Positions 12,366-24,928 of a DNA stretch of 64,000 nt are shown here, piece by piece. A model generated the notes under the pieces. It was not told the DNA's origin, did no database searches, and saw only the letters and a program-made list of their open reading frames with translations. Origin of the DNA: Eledone cirrhosa (Eukaryota); the NCBI GenBank assembly GCA_964016885.1, contig OZ024741.1, positions 61,566,001-61,630,000 on the forward strand, written 5' to 3'. Numbering within the stretch: the first letter of the stretch is position 1; each line of letters starts with the position of its first letter. The translations under genes and the position numbers were made by a program.

Positions 12366-13748
12366 TCATTTTCATGAAGAGAATTTGTTAATTATATATA
12401 ATTTAGAAAGTGGTAATGCTGGTGAAACAATAAAATGCACCCAATACACTCTGTAAAGGGGTTGGCATTAGGAAGGGCATTCAGCTGTAGAAACTATGCC
12501 AGAAATGGAAGATATGAGCAAGATGTGGTTTTCCGAACCATCTATCACACTGTAATAACCTACCCAAACCATAATAACAAAGAAAACAGGCATAAGATGA
12601 TGATGATGAGTGAATCAATTGAGTGCATAGATGAATGTCTGATCATGAGAAGAAAATCTTTCTCCACCATCTTTCCCTCTCCTGCTATCTATCTATGTAA
12701 CTCACCCTTTCTCCTCCAATATATATCCTAATATATATCATCATCATCACCATCGTTTAATGACCATTTTCCACACTAGCATGGGTCAGACGGGTTGTCC
12801 CATTTGAGGTAAGTTGTGTCAGGTGAGAATGTCTTACTCATATAGAACTGTTTCTGGCTATGTTTCTACAGCTGGATAACTCCAACCACATTTACAGTGT
12901 GTGCTGTGTGATTTTTGTCACGACTCCTACATGACCACTTTACATTGTGGGCTGGGTGCTTTTTGTCGTGACACATACATAACCACTTTACAGTGTGGGC
13001 TGGATATATTTTGTTCAAAGTGAAAGGGTGGTGTTTACAGGAGTGGGTTGTTGGAGATATAGTGGTTAAGAGATGCCTACTAGATGTATGTTTGTATATA
13101 CGTGCATAAATTTATGTATACATATATTATCATCATTGTTTTTACATCCATTTTTCTACTCTTTGGTTGAATAGGTCTTTTTCAGTACAACATCTCTCCA
13201 CTCACCACATTTTTTAATCATTTTCTCTACGAGTCTCAGCAATTTGAAATCTGCTCTCACCACCTGTGCCCATGTCTTCCTTGGTCTACCTTTCCTGCAG
13301 CATCCTTCCACTGGGATTTCCTAGCACTTTTTTACCCAGTGATCTTCATCTATGCACATCACATGTCTGTACTAATGCAGTGTTCTCTCTTGCATATCCC
13401 TTCAGATTCCTCTTAAAGACAGTCTCTCCCAGTTTCTCCACCACTGCTAATTAAGTCACCTAGATAGCAGAAGCTATCAACCAATTTCTGTGGATTCTGT
13501 ATGTGATTGGAAAAGGTTTATATCACTAACACTCGTCTGTGTATTTTCTATATGGTTAGAGCATTCAGTTGGAATTTGAGAAATACAGAGCTCAATTCTT
13601 CGCAGTAAATGGCGGTTTTTATGTCCATAGGGGTATTTTACCGGATTTTCTAGGCTATTATCTAAAGCAAGTTATTGTTGTTACAGTCTTTTCTGCTTTT
13701 GGGGTTCCTACATTTTGTTTCACTCTCTCAATATATATATATACATAT

Positions 13749-14083
13749 GGAGGCACATAGCTTAGTGGTTAGAGCATTGGCCTTGCAATCGAAAGGTTGT
13801 GAGTTCAATTCTCAGACCGGGTGATGTGTTGTTTCCTTGAGCAAGACACTTTATTTCACATTGCTCCAGTTTACGCAGCTGTAGAAATGAGATGATAGGA
13901 CTGGGGTCCCTATCATTCCACTGCAAAGTGGTTGTGGAGGTGCTACGGCAAAAAATCACCCAGCACTCACTGTAAATGAGGTTGGTGTTAGGAAGGGCAT
14001 CCAGCTGTAGAAATCAAACCAGAATCAGTTCCCGTCCCACCCCTGCAAGCAGGGAAAAAGCGGACGTAAAATGAAATGATGAT
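13749..14083 (+). mobile_element. SINE family A, full length
   Basis: tRNA A/B boxes, cttgagcaagacactt core, and 3' part shared with the RTE 3' UTR (gttggtgttaggaagggcatccagctgtagaaa); TA-flanked. Confidence 0.92.
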
Positions 14084-15996
14084 ATATATATATATATATA
14101 TATATATTATTTGTATGTCATAGTGAAAGAGGAACAACTATTCTACTTTCTTATATTCATAGAAATACAAGAAGTGATTGCTTTCTATGCTGGCATAAAA
14201 CCATATAACTGAATAAAACAAATATTACTGGCATATGTTAATGGAAGTTTGACAAACATTTAAAAGAGTGAAACTACGACTGATAGATTTGAATCAATAA
14301 CTGGACTAAATATAATACTGCACCAAGATCTTTTCAATTTTCTAAATTTGAGATCGCGTAATAAAAGAGAAAAAAAAAAAAGACACCAAGAAAACTCCCA
14401 GCAGTATTTAAATATAAAGAAATTATGTTTCTCTTCTAAAAATGAATTGTTATTGAAGTTCTTTGAAGCCATAATGACATGTGTTGTTTTTTTATGGTTT
14501 ATTTCTGTGTATGTTGGATAAATTTGTCTAGAATTTCAATGGAGTAACAAGCAAAATGTCCTTTCACTTTATTCATAGAATTCTAATACAATGCAGAATA
14601 AAGAAGTGTAGAAGAGAGTTTTTAGTACTTCTCATTGTATCACTTTGTTATCATAAACAAAATAGCCATAACACTTAACTCACATTGGGTAGTGGCACAG
14701 TCAAGTGGCAAATAGGTACCTTGGAGGGGCATCTCTTTATTGTGTGTGTTTATTAAACAACATATGGTTAATTTATGAAGCATTAGGAAAATTCGAAATT
14801 CTTAAAAATATATTAAGCTCTTTTGGGAAGCCATCACAATACAGATAACTCTAAATTATCATCATCATCACCATCATTATCATTTATTGACTGTTCTCCC
14901 TGTTAGCAAGGGTTGGGCATTGATAAATGTAAATAACAGCTAAATGGGTCAGTCAAAGTACTCATGGAGTCAGAAAAATGTAAACGGAAATCCAAGTGAG
15001 GAAATGACACACATCTGCTGCAGGCATTTCTGTCTAATTTTCCAACTCAATGGAGGACATTGCCTGACTTATTTAGCTATTATTTACTTTTATCTATGCC
15101 CAACCATTCTAGCAGGGAGAATGGATGGTAAATAATAATGAAGCTGATGTATTGTAGTGGCTTCCTCCAAAAGCTAACATATTTTCAAATATATAATCTA
15201 TTAAAGTTGTGAATAAAAATGAAGTGAAAATGAAATATACAGCTCACACATATGTAGGTTTAGCTGACCGCCTATGATGTTGCATCTCATGGGTAGTTTT
15301 TCAGATGCTTTAATGATAGGGGTCCCAGTTCAATAATGAAAAGTAGTGTGAAATGAACTCAACACATCACTCAGACCAGGAATTGAACCCTCAATCATGA
15401 TTTAAGTCCAACACCCTAGGCACAAGGACATAAGCCTTTACTGAGTGTAGTATAGCTGAGAAGCTATACACAAGCTTTTGATACAACTGGTGGAACTTCT
15501 AAACTTTTTGTATGGAAAGGTTTCTATAATAGTATGCCCTTCCTAATAGCAACCACTTTAGAAAGTGTACTGAGTGCTTTTTTCATGGCACTAGAAAGGT
15601 TGTATCCATGACGACTGAAGAGTCCATTCAAAACTTTTGACATGGTTTCTACAGAAGGATGCGCTTCTTAACACCAATCACTTTACAGGGTGTACTTTAG
15701 CATGTCACTAGCACTAGGGACGCTGCCAATTATTGTCTCAAATGAAGAGCTCTCTCTCTGTTCTACAAGAAGGTTGGGGAAGGAGGATGCCTTGTTCCAA
15801 GGCAGTCATGTTTAGGGAGTGAGAACAGGGGTACACAAGTTGAGGCTTCATGTTAATGTTAGAAGAAAATCAGATGAATGTTTAACCCTTTTGATATCAG
15901 CTCTCCTTGATTTCAAGTATTGATATTGAATTAAAACCTTCCATCATAATTTTATGAAGACTCAATCTCTGTTATATACACATATATACACCAGAT

Positions 15997-16430
15997 ACGA
16001 ACACAAAAGGACCAAACTCCCATTACCACTGCTTCCATCTCTCCTGCTCTCCTGATCTCTTACTATTGTGAGCAAATGGGGGTCCATGCACTGGCCACCC
16101 AACGGCCTCAGCAGACATAATAGAGGAAGCATTCCCCCAGAGGATGGTGATGGAAATTCACTGGAAGAGTCATTCCAGTTTGCAAGGCTCACACCTGTGG
16201 GTAGCCAACACTGAGCCAAAGGTGGTGAGCAAGGAGGTGGCCCTAGGGCGAAGGACACAGAAGTCTCCACTTCCACAGGCTTGACTGCAAACCTGTCGGA
16301 GAGAGACCAATATTTGGAGAGTTTACCTTCCTCGCCTGAAGTGCAGCAGAGCTTGGGTTAGTTGCAGGCTGCACCAGGATGGCACGGGAGAATGTGTTGC
16401 TGCATGTGACATCTCAGCTGAAGGGTTTAT
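15997..16430 (-). mobile_element. Decayed restriction-like-endonuclease non-LTR retrotransposon (CRE-like) 3' end
   Basis: Frameshifted minus translation *DVTCSNTF...AALQA..K..KY..L...KPVEVETS...LFQ*ISITILWGNASSIM resembles the WDVT...K..KY...PVAVET.G...QRISIAIQRGNA motif series. It lies inside a TTAA-CCCTT MITE (15882-16555). Confidence 0.7.
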
Positions 16431-17444
16431 GAGAGACATTTTGTGAAATAATTAATAATGGAGAAGTTACTTATTTTGTTATTTTACTGAATTCCTCACA
16501 ATTTTTCTTCTTCTATTTGTGACTTTTATAAGAAATATTGTAATAAAACGGTTAATGTGCTGAATTAGCAGAAATGGTAGCATGTAAGACTAAATGCTTT
16601 ATAGAAATATAGTTTTGTTACATTCTCAATTCTGATTGATATCGATCAATAATGTTCATGTTAATGCTGTGGGCTCCTTGTTAAGAGTTTGAGCTACTAC
16701 AATTACCAGAAGTATTTTTTTTATCTCACTATGCATTACTTCTTTTAGTTTTCATTACTGATGTAGTAGATGCTGTTTACTCTCTTTCACACTTGTCAGT
16801 GCCATTCAAAAGATTAAAAATATTGATTAGTTTTTCTCAGAAATCAGCATTTGGGTTCAATTTTATTGTTTTCATTTTTTCTTTGGCCATTCTTTTCATT
16901 TTTATGTTATTTAATTTTTTTTATTTAAAATAAAAAAAAAAACTGATTAGTTTTAAACTTTTTTTATTTTTGCACAACCCCAAATCAGTGTTGGAGACAT
17001 CTGAAATTGAAAATTTGTAAATTAAATTAAATTCTTTTTTTCACTCAAATATATTTCTTTTATCAATTCACATTTAAATTTCTGCTTTTTTTTTTCTTAT
17101 ACTAGTTTTTAATTCAAGTTTGATTTTCAATTCTGGATTAAGAAATAGTTTTCGGATTAAAAAGCCATACAGATTTCTGCATTCAGTTTATGAAAATATC
17201 TCAGTTTTAACAATTTCAAATTTCAAGCCATAAAAAGAAAGACAAAAACAAACAAAAAACACTACAAAAAGACATTGAAAATAAAGTATCAATAATCAAC
17301 CATTGTGCTGTGAAATCAACCGTATATCTGTATGTAGGCAGCAAATTGGTAGAGACACTAGAACATTGGATAGAATGTCTTGCAGTATTCGTTCTGGCTC
17401 ACTGCACTCTTTCTATAAATTTAATCTTTAAGAGTTCTATAACC

Positions 17445-17870
17445 TGTCTGGTTGGTGACATAGATCTGCTGGGAGGCAGTGAAGCAGAACTCAAAGAACT
17501 CACCATCAGACTGGAAAGAGTGATAGGGGTATACAAATAGAGATCAGCTTTGCAGAAATGAGCGAGATTCTGGTTAATAGTCATAAGCAGAATACAGTAT
17601 CCAACAGCATGTTGAACAGAGTAAAATGTCAAGTACTAAGGAACCACCCTGACCAAGGATGACAGATCATTAAAGGAGATAATGACAAAACTCAGCCTCT
17701 TCTGCCATAATAAAGCTGAGCATCATATGGAAAAGTAATTTCATCAGTTTTCCAATGAAGCTCAAAGTATACAACTCCCTGATGACTTCAAACCTTCTCT
17801 ATGAGTGTAAGAGCTAGACTATGACAAATAAAATGGAATGAAAAATCCAGGTATTCAAGCACAAGTGATT
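17445..17870 (+). pseudogene. Old RTE RT/C-terminal remnant
   Basis: GDIDLLGGSEAELKELTIRLE followed by decayed KYLG and LLY.C.S motifs. Confidence 0.7.
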
Positions 17871-18399
17871 TAAACTAGCTGCATCTGGCCAGAATTCTCT
17901 TCCCTCTGTTCAAACTAGCAGTAACTGACTGCTCATGGGATGAGTGGTGCTGTCCACTTTTTTCTATCTTTGAGGCTTATATACCCCTACTTGTCTGACA
18001 ATTTTCATATCAGAAACACATGCATTGCAGTCATTCATGTTACTCAAATATAGTTTATATTGCTGTAAAAAGTTATCTGAAAACAAATAAAAACGATGTA
18101 TCTGAGTAAAGAAATTATCAGTAAACTACATGATTGATATTATAAAGAAATGTATGAGTAAGGCATGGTTATCTAACCATATTTTGTGCCAGACTATGGT
18201 GACCTGGCTAACACATACTATCATGGAAAAATGGATGTAAAATGATGATGATGATGATGATGATGATGTTGATGAAAGATATTTCAAAAATAATACTTCA
18301 CTTCCTATCAGAATACAGGGAAACAGTAGGGAAAGAGTGAGTCATCAGCTTTACACACACTCACACAAACCCACATGGTTGTGAAGTACACTTCTTAAC

Positions 18400-18445
<46 letters not shown>

Positions 18446-18450
<5 letters not shown>

Positions 18451-19022
18451 CAAAATAATTGTAAAGGTTTCTATGCATTTAGCATTGTATCGATCTAAAT
18501 CCCTACTATAATTTACTCCCAATAATTTGATTTAATCAGTTAAGTTGTTTTGATTGGTTGAGTGAGGTGTTTCTATTTTTAGCATCCTCCTGCTAACTCC
18601 CCTAATAGCCTGTTTGTCATGATCCTGCAAAACTGTTTAGCAGTTCCCCCAGCAGAACACGAGGGCATAGCCAGCTTGGCTTTGCTTTTGTCTAGAGAGG
18701 ACGTGAATGTTTTGGCTATACTTAGAATGGCATGCCGATAAGACCCTGAATCCTAATTTACTGATTTTCAATTTCTAATACTTGTAATTAGCAAGTTTTT
18801 TCATTAGGTGAAACCGTTACAGTCCAGGCACTAAAATGTAAGGTTTTTAACTTTTTTTAATATGTTCTTAGATTCCATTGATTTTTTTTCTCCCTTAACC
18901 TCTTCTATTGGGGTATTGTTTATGAGTTTGCTCTGAAACAAGTATTTTTGTACAACAAGGTTGACATAATTGTGAAGGCTTTTATGCGTTTAGCATTGTA
19001 TCAATATAAATCCTTATTATAT
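18446..19022. mobile_element. ~510-bp unit with ~65-bp terminal direct repeat, pLTR-like
   Basis: ataattgtaaaggtttctatgcatttagcattgtatcgatctaaatcc at 18455 recurs at 18967; TA-flanked. Confidence 0.6.
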
Positions 19023-19532
19023 ATATAAACATATGCACACACATACACATGTGTACATATATATATATATACTGAAGTGGCTGTTTAAATTACCACAATA
19101 CTTAAAACATTCAAACATTAACTGAACGAGCACTCAATACATGCAAGCAGAGTGTAAAGTATACGTTCGAGAAAAAAAAAAAGCGACAATGAATTCAAAG
19201 TTTCAGCTTTGTTGCTTCATCTGGCTGCTAGATGACACAATACACTGAAACTACAATGCCACTGTCATTTTTCTCTTTAAATCTTTAAAACAATATATAG
19301 ATTGGAAAAAATGAAACGAAATATCATTTCTCACTCTTAGTACGGTTGTTACTTAAATATAAGTATGTATACGTACATACATATATGGATGTCTGTTTAC
19401 AAATAAACCGAGCATTATAATAAATGTTCGGTGAATCCATATGTACATATATATATGTGTGCATGTATGTATATATATACATACTACTGTACATCTGTAT
19501 ACATATATGTATGTACGTATACATACTAATAT

Positions 19533-20202
19533 TACTTTCCCATTCTTCTCTGCTAAAATGTATCACTAGAGCTGACTCCAATTATTCCAGCCATCCATCT
19601 AATCTACGAAGGTATTTTAGCCTACATATTGTCGTTAATATTATGATGTTCCCTGCTGTATTAGCGTTAAATTTTCCCTGCTGTATTAGCGATAAATTTT
19701 CTAGGGTTTCTCTTAGTAGTTTTTTTCATGACGTTATTATTGTTAATTTTACTGATGTAGTATTAACTTATTAACTTGGATATTTACCATGCGGTATTCT
19801 AATCCTATTGTATCTCTCTCAGTTATTTACCATGCGACCCTCAGTTCCTACCTCCCTCTCTATGCACTTCTTTAAGGCTTACTACCCTGTCTTTAACCTA
19901 ATTCATTCAATCTGAAAATATTGAAGAGATAAGATACTTTCCCATTCTTCTCTGCTAAAATGTATCACTAGAGCTGACTCCAATTATTCCAGCCATCCAT
20001 CTAATCTACGAAGGTATTTTAGCCTACATATTGTCGTTAATATTATGATGTTCCCTGCTGTATTAGCGTTAAATTTTCCCTGCTGTATTAGCGATAAATT
20101 TTCTAGGGTTTCTCTTAGTAGTTTTTTTCATGACGTTATTATTGTTAATTTTACTGATGTAGTATTAACTTGGATATTTACCATGCGACCCTCAGTTCCT
20201 AC
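19533..20202 (+). repeat. Essentially identical ~235-bp direct duplication upstream of the RTE ORF
   Basis: tactttcccattcttctctgctaaaatg...gtagtattaactt at 19533 and 19935. Confidence 0.95.
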
Positions 20203-20436
20203 CTTACAATTTCCCTCCCCCCACACACCACCATAGTCTATTCGACCAATCAAACCTAGCATGCCATTTCCACTGCTGCTGCTACTACCTGCCTAACTAA
20301 CTCTCTCCTCCTCTGGCGCATCCCAACACACCCTGCCATTACCCCACCACCACTGTTCTTCTAGCCCTCAATTTTCCCACCGTTATGGATGGATGAGCTG
20401 GGAATACACGAGCAACTCTGAATCAATAGATGAAAT

Positions 20437-23400
20437 ATGAATCTGCGAGCTACCAAGCACCCACGTGAAGCGCCAACCCAGAGACCCTCCCATACGAGTG
20501 TCGACAAATGCCCAAAACTCCGAGTTGGTACCATCAATGTAGGCTCAATGAAAGGAAGAGCAGGAGAAATCGTAGAAATGCTAGAGCGAAAGGAAGTTGA
20601 TGTATGCTGTGTGCAAGAGACTAGATGGAGAGGAGGGTCTGCTAGAGTCCTTGTAGGAAAAAGCCAGTGCTACAAATTTTTCTGGGTGGGAAATGACGAT
20701 GGGATGGGTGGTGTAGGTATACTATTAGCTGACAAGTGGGTAGATAAAGTAATCTCAGTGTACAGGGTAAATGCAAGAATCATTAAACTTAGACTAGTCC
20801 TGAATAAGACAATTACCACAATAATATCAGCTTACGCACCCCAATCGGGGCTGCCAGACGAACTTAAGGATAGGTTTTACGAGTCCCTAATACACACTAC
20901 TGCTCTAATAGACGACAAGGACTTCCTAATCATTGCAGGAGATTTTAACGGACACGTAGGTAAACACTGCGACGGCTTCAATAGAGTACATGGAGGCCAT
21001 GGAGTTGGCACAAGGAATGAGGAAGGATTCAGACTTCTAGAATTCTGCGACGCCAATGACATGTCGATATGTAACACAAACTTTAAAAAACCCGACAACC
21101 ACCTGATCACCTATAGATCAGGGGAGCACTCTAGTCAGTTAGATTTTATCCTCATCAGAGGACGTGACAGATGGACGGTTGTAAACACAAAAGCCTTCCC
21201 TAGTGAGGAATGTACATCCCAACATAGCTTAGTTGTCAGCGACCTCACGGTCAGAACTAGACGAGCCCTGAAACAGAGGCCAACCTGGAGAAGAAAGATC
21301 TGGAAGCTGAAAGTCCCCTCAACCAGTAACAGATTTAAAGATATTTTACTCAACGCCTACGACAGTAAAGAAGAACAGATAGAGACATTTAACGTAGAAG
21401 AGAACTGGGAGTTCCTAAAAAATAACTTACTAGAGGCGACGGATGAGGTTTGTGGCTGGAGTAAGACCTCAAGCAGGAGGAGAGTGACTTGGTGGTGGAA
21501 CAATAAGGTAGATGAAGCAGTCAAGGCCAAGAGACAGGCATGGAAAGAATGGAAGAACGGGGGGAGCAGGGTACATTACATAGAGACCAAGAGGGAAGCT
21601 AGGCGACAAGTATACTTAGCTAGGAGGGAAGCAGAGGATAGAAAATTCAAGCATGTTTTACAACGTGAGGACCAGAAACAGGAGGTATTCAAGATTGCGA
21701 GGCAGTGTGTCAGAGATAGTTGTGATGTCATTGGAGAGAAGTGTATCCGGAATGATAAAGGTGAGCTTGCCCTCACAAGTGCTGAGAAGAAAGATGCATG
21801 GAAGAGTCATTATGATAGATTACTAAATGAGGAGAATGCATGGGAAGAAGAGACCCTACCCCACGTAGACCCTATAGAGGGACCAGCAGTACAAGTCAGC
21901 GGCAGCGTAGTAAGTAAGGCAATCAGAGATATGAAGATAGGGAAGGCAACCGGTCCATCGGGTATAGCTGCCGAGATGCTGAAGGCATCTGGGTCTGTAG
22001 GTCACACTATAACCACACGTATCGTTAACCAGGTAATACTAGAGGGGGCCATACCAAAAGATTGGTGCAGTAGCATCATTGTCAACTGCTACAAAGGTAA
22101 AGGCGATGCACTAGATAGAGGAAACTATAGAGGTATAAAGTTGATGGACCAGGTCATGAAAGTAACAGAAAGAGTTATAGCACAGCTGATTAGGGACCGG
22201 GTGAATATAGACGAGATGCAATTTGGGTTTGTACCAGGGAAAGGCACCACTGATGCCCTCTTCCTTGTGAGGCAATTACAGGAAAAGTACCTAGCTAAAA
22301 GTAAGCCACTCTACTTGGCATTTGTCGACCTTGAGAAAGCCTTTGACAGAGTTCCACGTGCAGTAATCTGGTGGGCTCTTAGAAAACTAGGAGTAGATGA
22401 ATGGCTTGTGAAAGCGGTACAAGCCATGTATAGGGGAGCAGTCAGCAAAGTTAGGATTGGCAATGAGTATAGCGAGGAATTTAGCGTACAGGTTGGGGTC
22501 CACCAGGGCTCTGTTCTTAGCCCTCTCCTGTTCATCATAGTCCTGCAGGCAATAACGGAGGAGTTTAAGACCGGATGCCCATGGGAACTCCTGTATGCTG
22601 ATGACCTCGCACTCATAGCTGAATCTATGGTAGAACTAGAGAATAAATTCCAAACCTGGAAGCAGGGACTAGAGAGAAAGGGCCTCAAAGTCAACATGAC
22701 AAAGACTAAGGTCCTTGTAAGTAGACGAGAAAACAGAACCCAGATCCCCTCAGGGAAATGGCCTTGCTCAGTATGTAGGAAAGGTGTAGGTAGGAACTCC
22801 ATTCTCTGCCCCAAATGCAAACAATGGGTACACAAGAGATGTAGCGGGATCTCAGGAAGCTTAATTAAGAATGTAGGATTCACATGCAGCAGCTGTGCTG
22901 AAACAGCAAGCAAACAGCCACAGGAAACAAGTACCACCAATCTCTGGGAGGGCCCTGTAGAAACAGTAGACAGCTTCTGCTACCTAGGTGACCGAATTAG
23001 CAACGGAGGTGGGTGCTCAGAAAGTACAATAACTAGGGTAAGAACGGGATGGAAGAAGTTTAGGGAACTACTACCACTGCTAGCTGCAAAAGGCTTCTCC
23101 CTCAGAATGAAAGGCAGACTGTATGATGCGTGTATCCGAACAGCGATGTTGCATGGTAGTGAGACCTGGGCGCTGAAGGTGGAAGACTTACGTAGATTAG
23201 AGAGAAACGAAGCCTGCATGCTCCGATGGATGTGTAACAGTAATATACGTGAACGACAAAGCATAAAGGAATTGAGAGAGAGACTGAGCATAAGAGGAAT
23301 CAAATGCTGCGTGCAGGAGAGGCGGTTATGCTGGTATGGACATGTGATGCGTATGAAGGATGACAGCTGCATAAAAAGGTGCAGAGCACTAGAAGTTGAT

Positions 23401-23556
23401 GGAAACCGCGGAGTGGGGAGACCCAAGATGACTTGGGATGAGGTGATAAATGCCGACCTTACCCAACTACACCTCTCAAAGTCAATGACACACGACCGTG
23501 ACTTCTGGCGTCACGCAGTAATACAGGGTACCCGACCTCCCATGGGTACATGCTGA
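20437..23556 (+). CDS. RTE LINE polyprotein, 1039 aa: APE endonuclease, reverse transcriptase and PHD-type zinc finger
   Basis: APE motifs GTINV, VQETRW, SAYAPQ, AGDFNGHVG, LDFIL, SQHSLV. RT motifs NYRGIKL, QFGF, FVDLEKAFDRV, GVHQGSVLSPLLF, YADD, YLG. RTE C-terminus RL.WYGHVMR..GRPK.TW. No stops. Confidence 0.97.
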   Translation: MNLRATKHPREAPTQRPSHTSVDKCPKLRVGTINVGSMKGRAGEIVEMLERKEVDVCCVQETRWRGGSARVLVGKSQCYKFFWVGNDDGMGGVGILLADKWVDKVISVYRVNARIIKLRLVLNKTITTIISAYAPQSGLPDELKDRFYESLIHTTALIDDKDFLIIAGDFNGHVGKHCDGFNRVHGGHGVGTRNEEGFRLLEFCDANDMSICNTNFKKPDNHLITYRSGEHSSQLDFILIRGRDRWTVVNTKAFPSEECTSQHSLVVSDLTVRTRRALKQRPTWRRKIWKLKVPSTSNRFKDILLNAYDSKEEQIETFNVEENWEFLKNNLLEATDEVCGWSKTSSRRRVTWWWNNKVDEAVKAKRQAWKEWKNGGSRVHYIETKREARRQVYLARREAEDRKFKHVLQREDQKQEVFKIARQCVRDSCDVIGEKCIRNDKGELALTSAEKKDAWKSHYDRLLNEENAWEEETLPHVDPIEGPAVQVSGSVVSKAIRDMKIGKATGPSGIAAEMLKASGSVGHTITTRIVNQVILEGAIPKDWCSSIIVNCYKGKGDALDRGNYRGIKLMDQVMKVTERVIAQLIRDRVNIDEMQFGFVPGKGTTDALFLVRQLQEKYLAKSKPLYLAFVDLEKAFDRVPRAVIWWALRKLGVDEWLVKAVQAMYRGAVSKVRIGNEYSEEFSVQVGVHQGSVLSPLLFIIVLQAITEEFKTGCPWELLYADDLALIAESMVELENKFQTWKQGLERKGLKVNMTKTKVLVSRRENRTQIPSGKWPCSVCRKGVGRNSILCPKCKQWVHKRCSGISGSLIKNVGFTCSSCAETASKQPQETSTTNLWEGPVETVDSFCYLGDRISNGGGCSESTITRVRTGWKKFRELLPLLAAKGFSLRMKGRLYDACIRTAMLHGSETWALKVEDLRRLERNEACMLRWMCNSNIRERQSIKELRERLSIRGIKCCVQERRLCWYGHVMRMKDDSCIKRCRALEVDGNRGVGRPKMTWDEVINADLTQLHLSKSMTHDRDFWRHAVIQGTRPPMGTC

Positions 23557-23868
23557 AGCATATAAACAATATGCCCCCCCCCCCCCCACCGCAAGGTGGC
23601 CGTGGAGGGGCCACGGCAAAAAAGCACCCAGCCCACACTGTAAAGTGGACGTGTAGGCGCCACGAAAAAGCACCCAGCACTCACTGTAAATGAGGTTGGT
23701 GTTAGGAAGGGCATCCAGCTGTAGAAATCAAGCCAGATCAGTTCCTGTATGAGCAAGGCATGGTCAGCCGACCAGACACTGCCCACAACAGGACAACCCG
23801 TCTAACCCATGCTAGCGTGGAAGAACGGACGTAAAACGGTGATGATGATGATGATGATATTTATTTGG

Positions 23869-24089
23869 GAAAAGACTGATAATTTTTTAAAAGCTGATAC
23901 AATGCAATAGAAATATACAAAGGGCAAATGATGACAAATGAAAAGAGAGTAATAGCCCTAAAATATCATGCTAAAATACACTGGGTAAAACATCAATTGG
24001 TTTGGTTTTGTTTCATTTGTCATTATTTGCCCTTTGTATTTTTCTACCACATTGTACTGGCTTTTTAAAAAGAATTATCAGTCTTTTTC
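23869..24089. repeat. Inverted repeat, arms ~75 bp, spacer ~67 bp
   Basis: aaaagactgataatt...tacaaagggcaaatgatgacaaatgaaa pairs with tttcatttgtcattatttgccctttgta...aattatcagtctttt. Confidence 0.85.
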
Positions 24090-24928
24090 TATCATATATA
24101 TCTCACAATGCTTTGTAATAAATACACTAATATATTTATTTATACACAATGGAGGTGAGTTAGTATAGATTGCATTTGGGTGAAGAATATTTATATAGTG
24201 TGACACATACTTCATCCAAATCTTCAGCAGTGTTAAATCAACTTAAATAAACAAGATATTTGTACAAACCACAAAAACATCTGCTGAGTTGGAAAGAACA
24301 AGACTGAGGGAAAATAAATTAGACACAAACTGAACACAAAGAATCCAAACTATGAATGGATATTGAAGTAAAATGACAAGTATTGGAAGAATAAACACCT
24401 TAGACATGGAATAACAACAGAAAATCTGCAATGCTCTTTGGGAATGAACAAGAACAATAATACATTACATACAGTGATATGGTTCAAAGAAAACAAAGAA
24501 AGCTACAAAGCATTTTATAACAGATCTAAGAGAAAGCCAGCATATATTGCATTATTTATGAGCTCTAACAATATATCTTCTCAGAAACTGTCACAAAAGT
24601 CACCCAGGAAGAAGGAGGGAGAGACACACACAGACAAAGATTTTGTTTTCTTAAAGAACACTTTAAACCCAATGTTAATACTAATTGCAGGAATATTTGA
24701 GGATTTCTTAGAGAATAAGGGACAGTCATGGCTAGTGTCGTTAAGGGCTGCTTGTTTTGCTACTATATGGTTTGATTCCATTATAACCCTGACTAACAAA
24801 TGTTTTGTGATAGAAATTTGGTAGACAGAAACTATTTAGAAGCCTGTTGTGTGTATATATCTAACCCATGCTAGCGTGGAAAATGGACGTTAAACGAAGA
24901 TGATGATGATGATGGATATATATATAAT

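Larger units (their letters stand above)
19533..23858 (+). mobile_element. Full-length RTE-clade LINE (5' boundary uncertain)
   Basis: Single intact ORF, 3' UTR with 48-bp repeats, terminal stem-loop and (GAT)n tail; no clear TSD seen. Confidence 0.85.

Noticed and set aside
13749-13820. tRNA gene
   Set aside because: The cloverleaf is imperfect and always fused to the SINE body; it is a tRNA-derived SINE head.
20877-23426. Antisense ORFs inside the RTE (also 28034-28408, 53780-54118, 54571-54855)
   Set aside because: These are shadow frames of the real coding strand with no recognisable domain.
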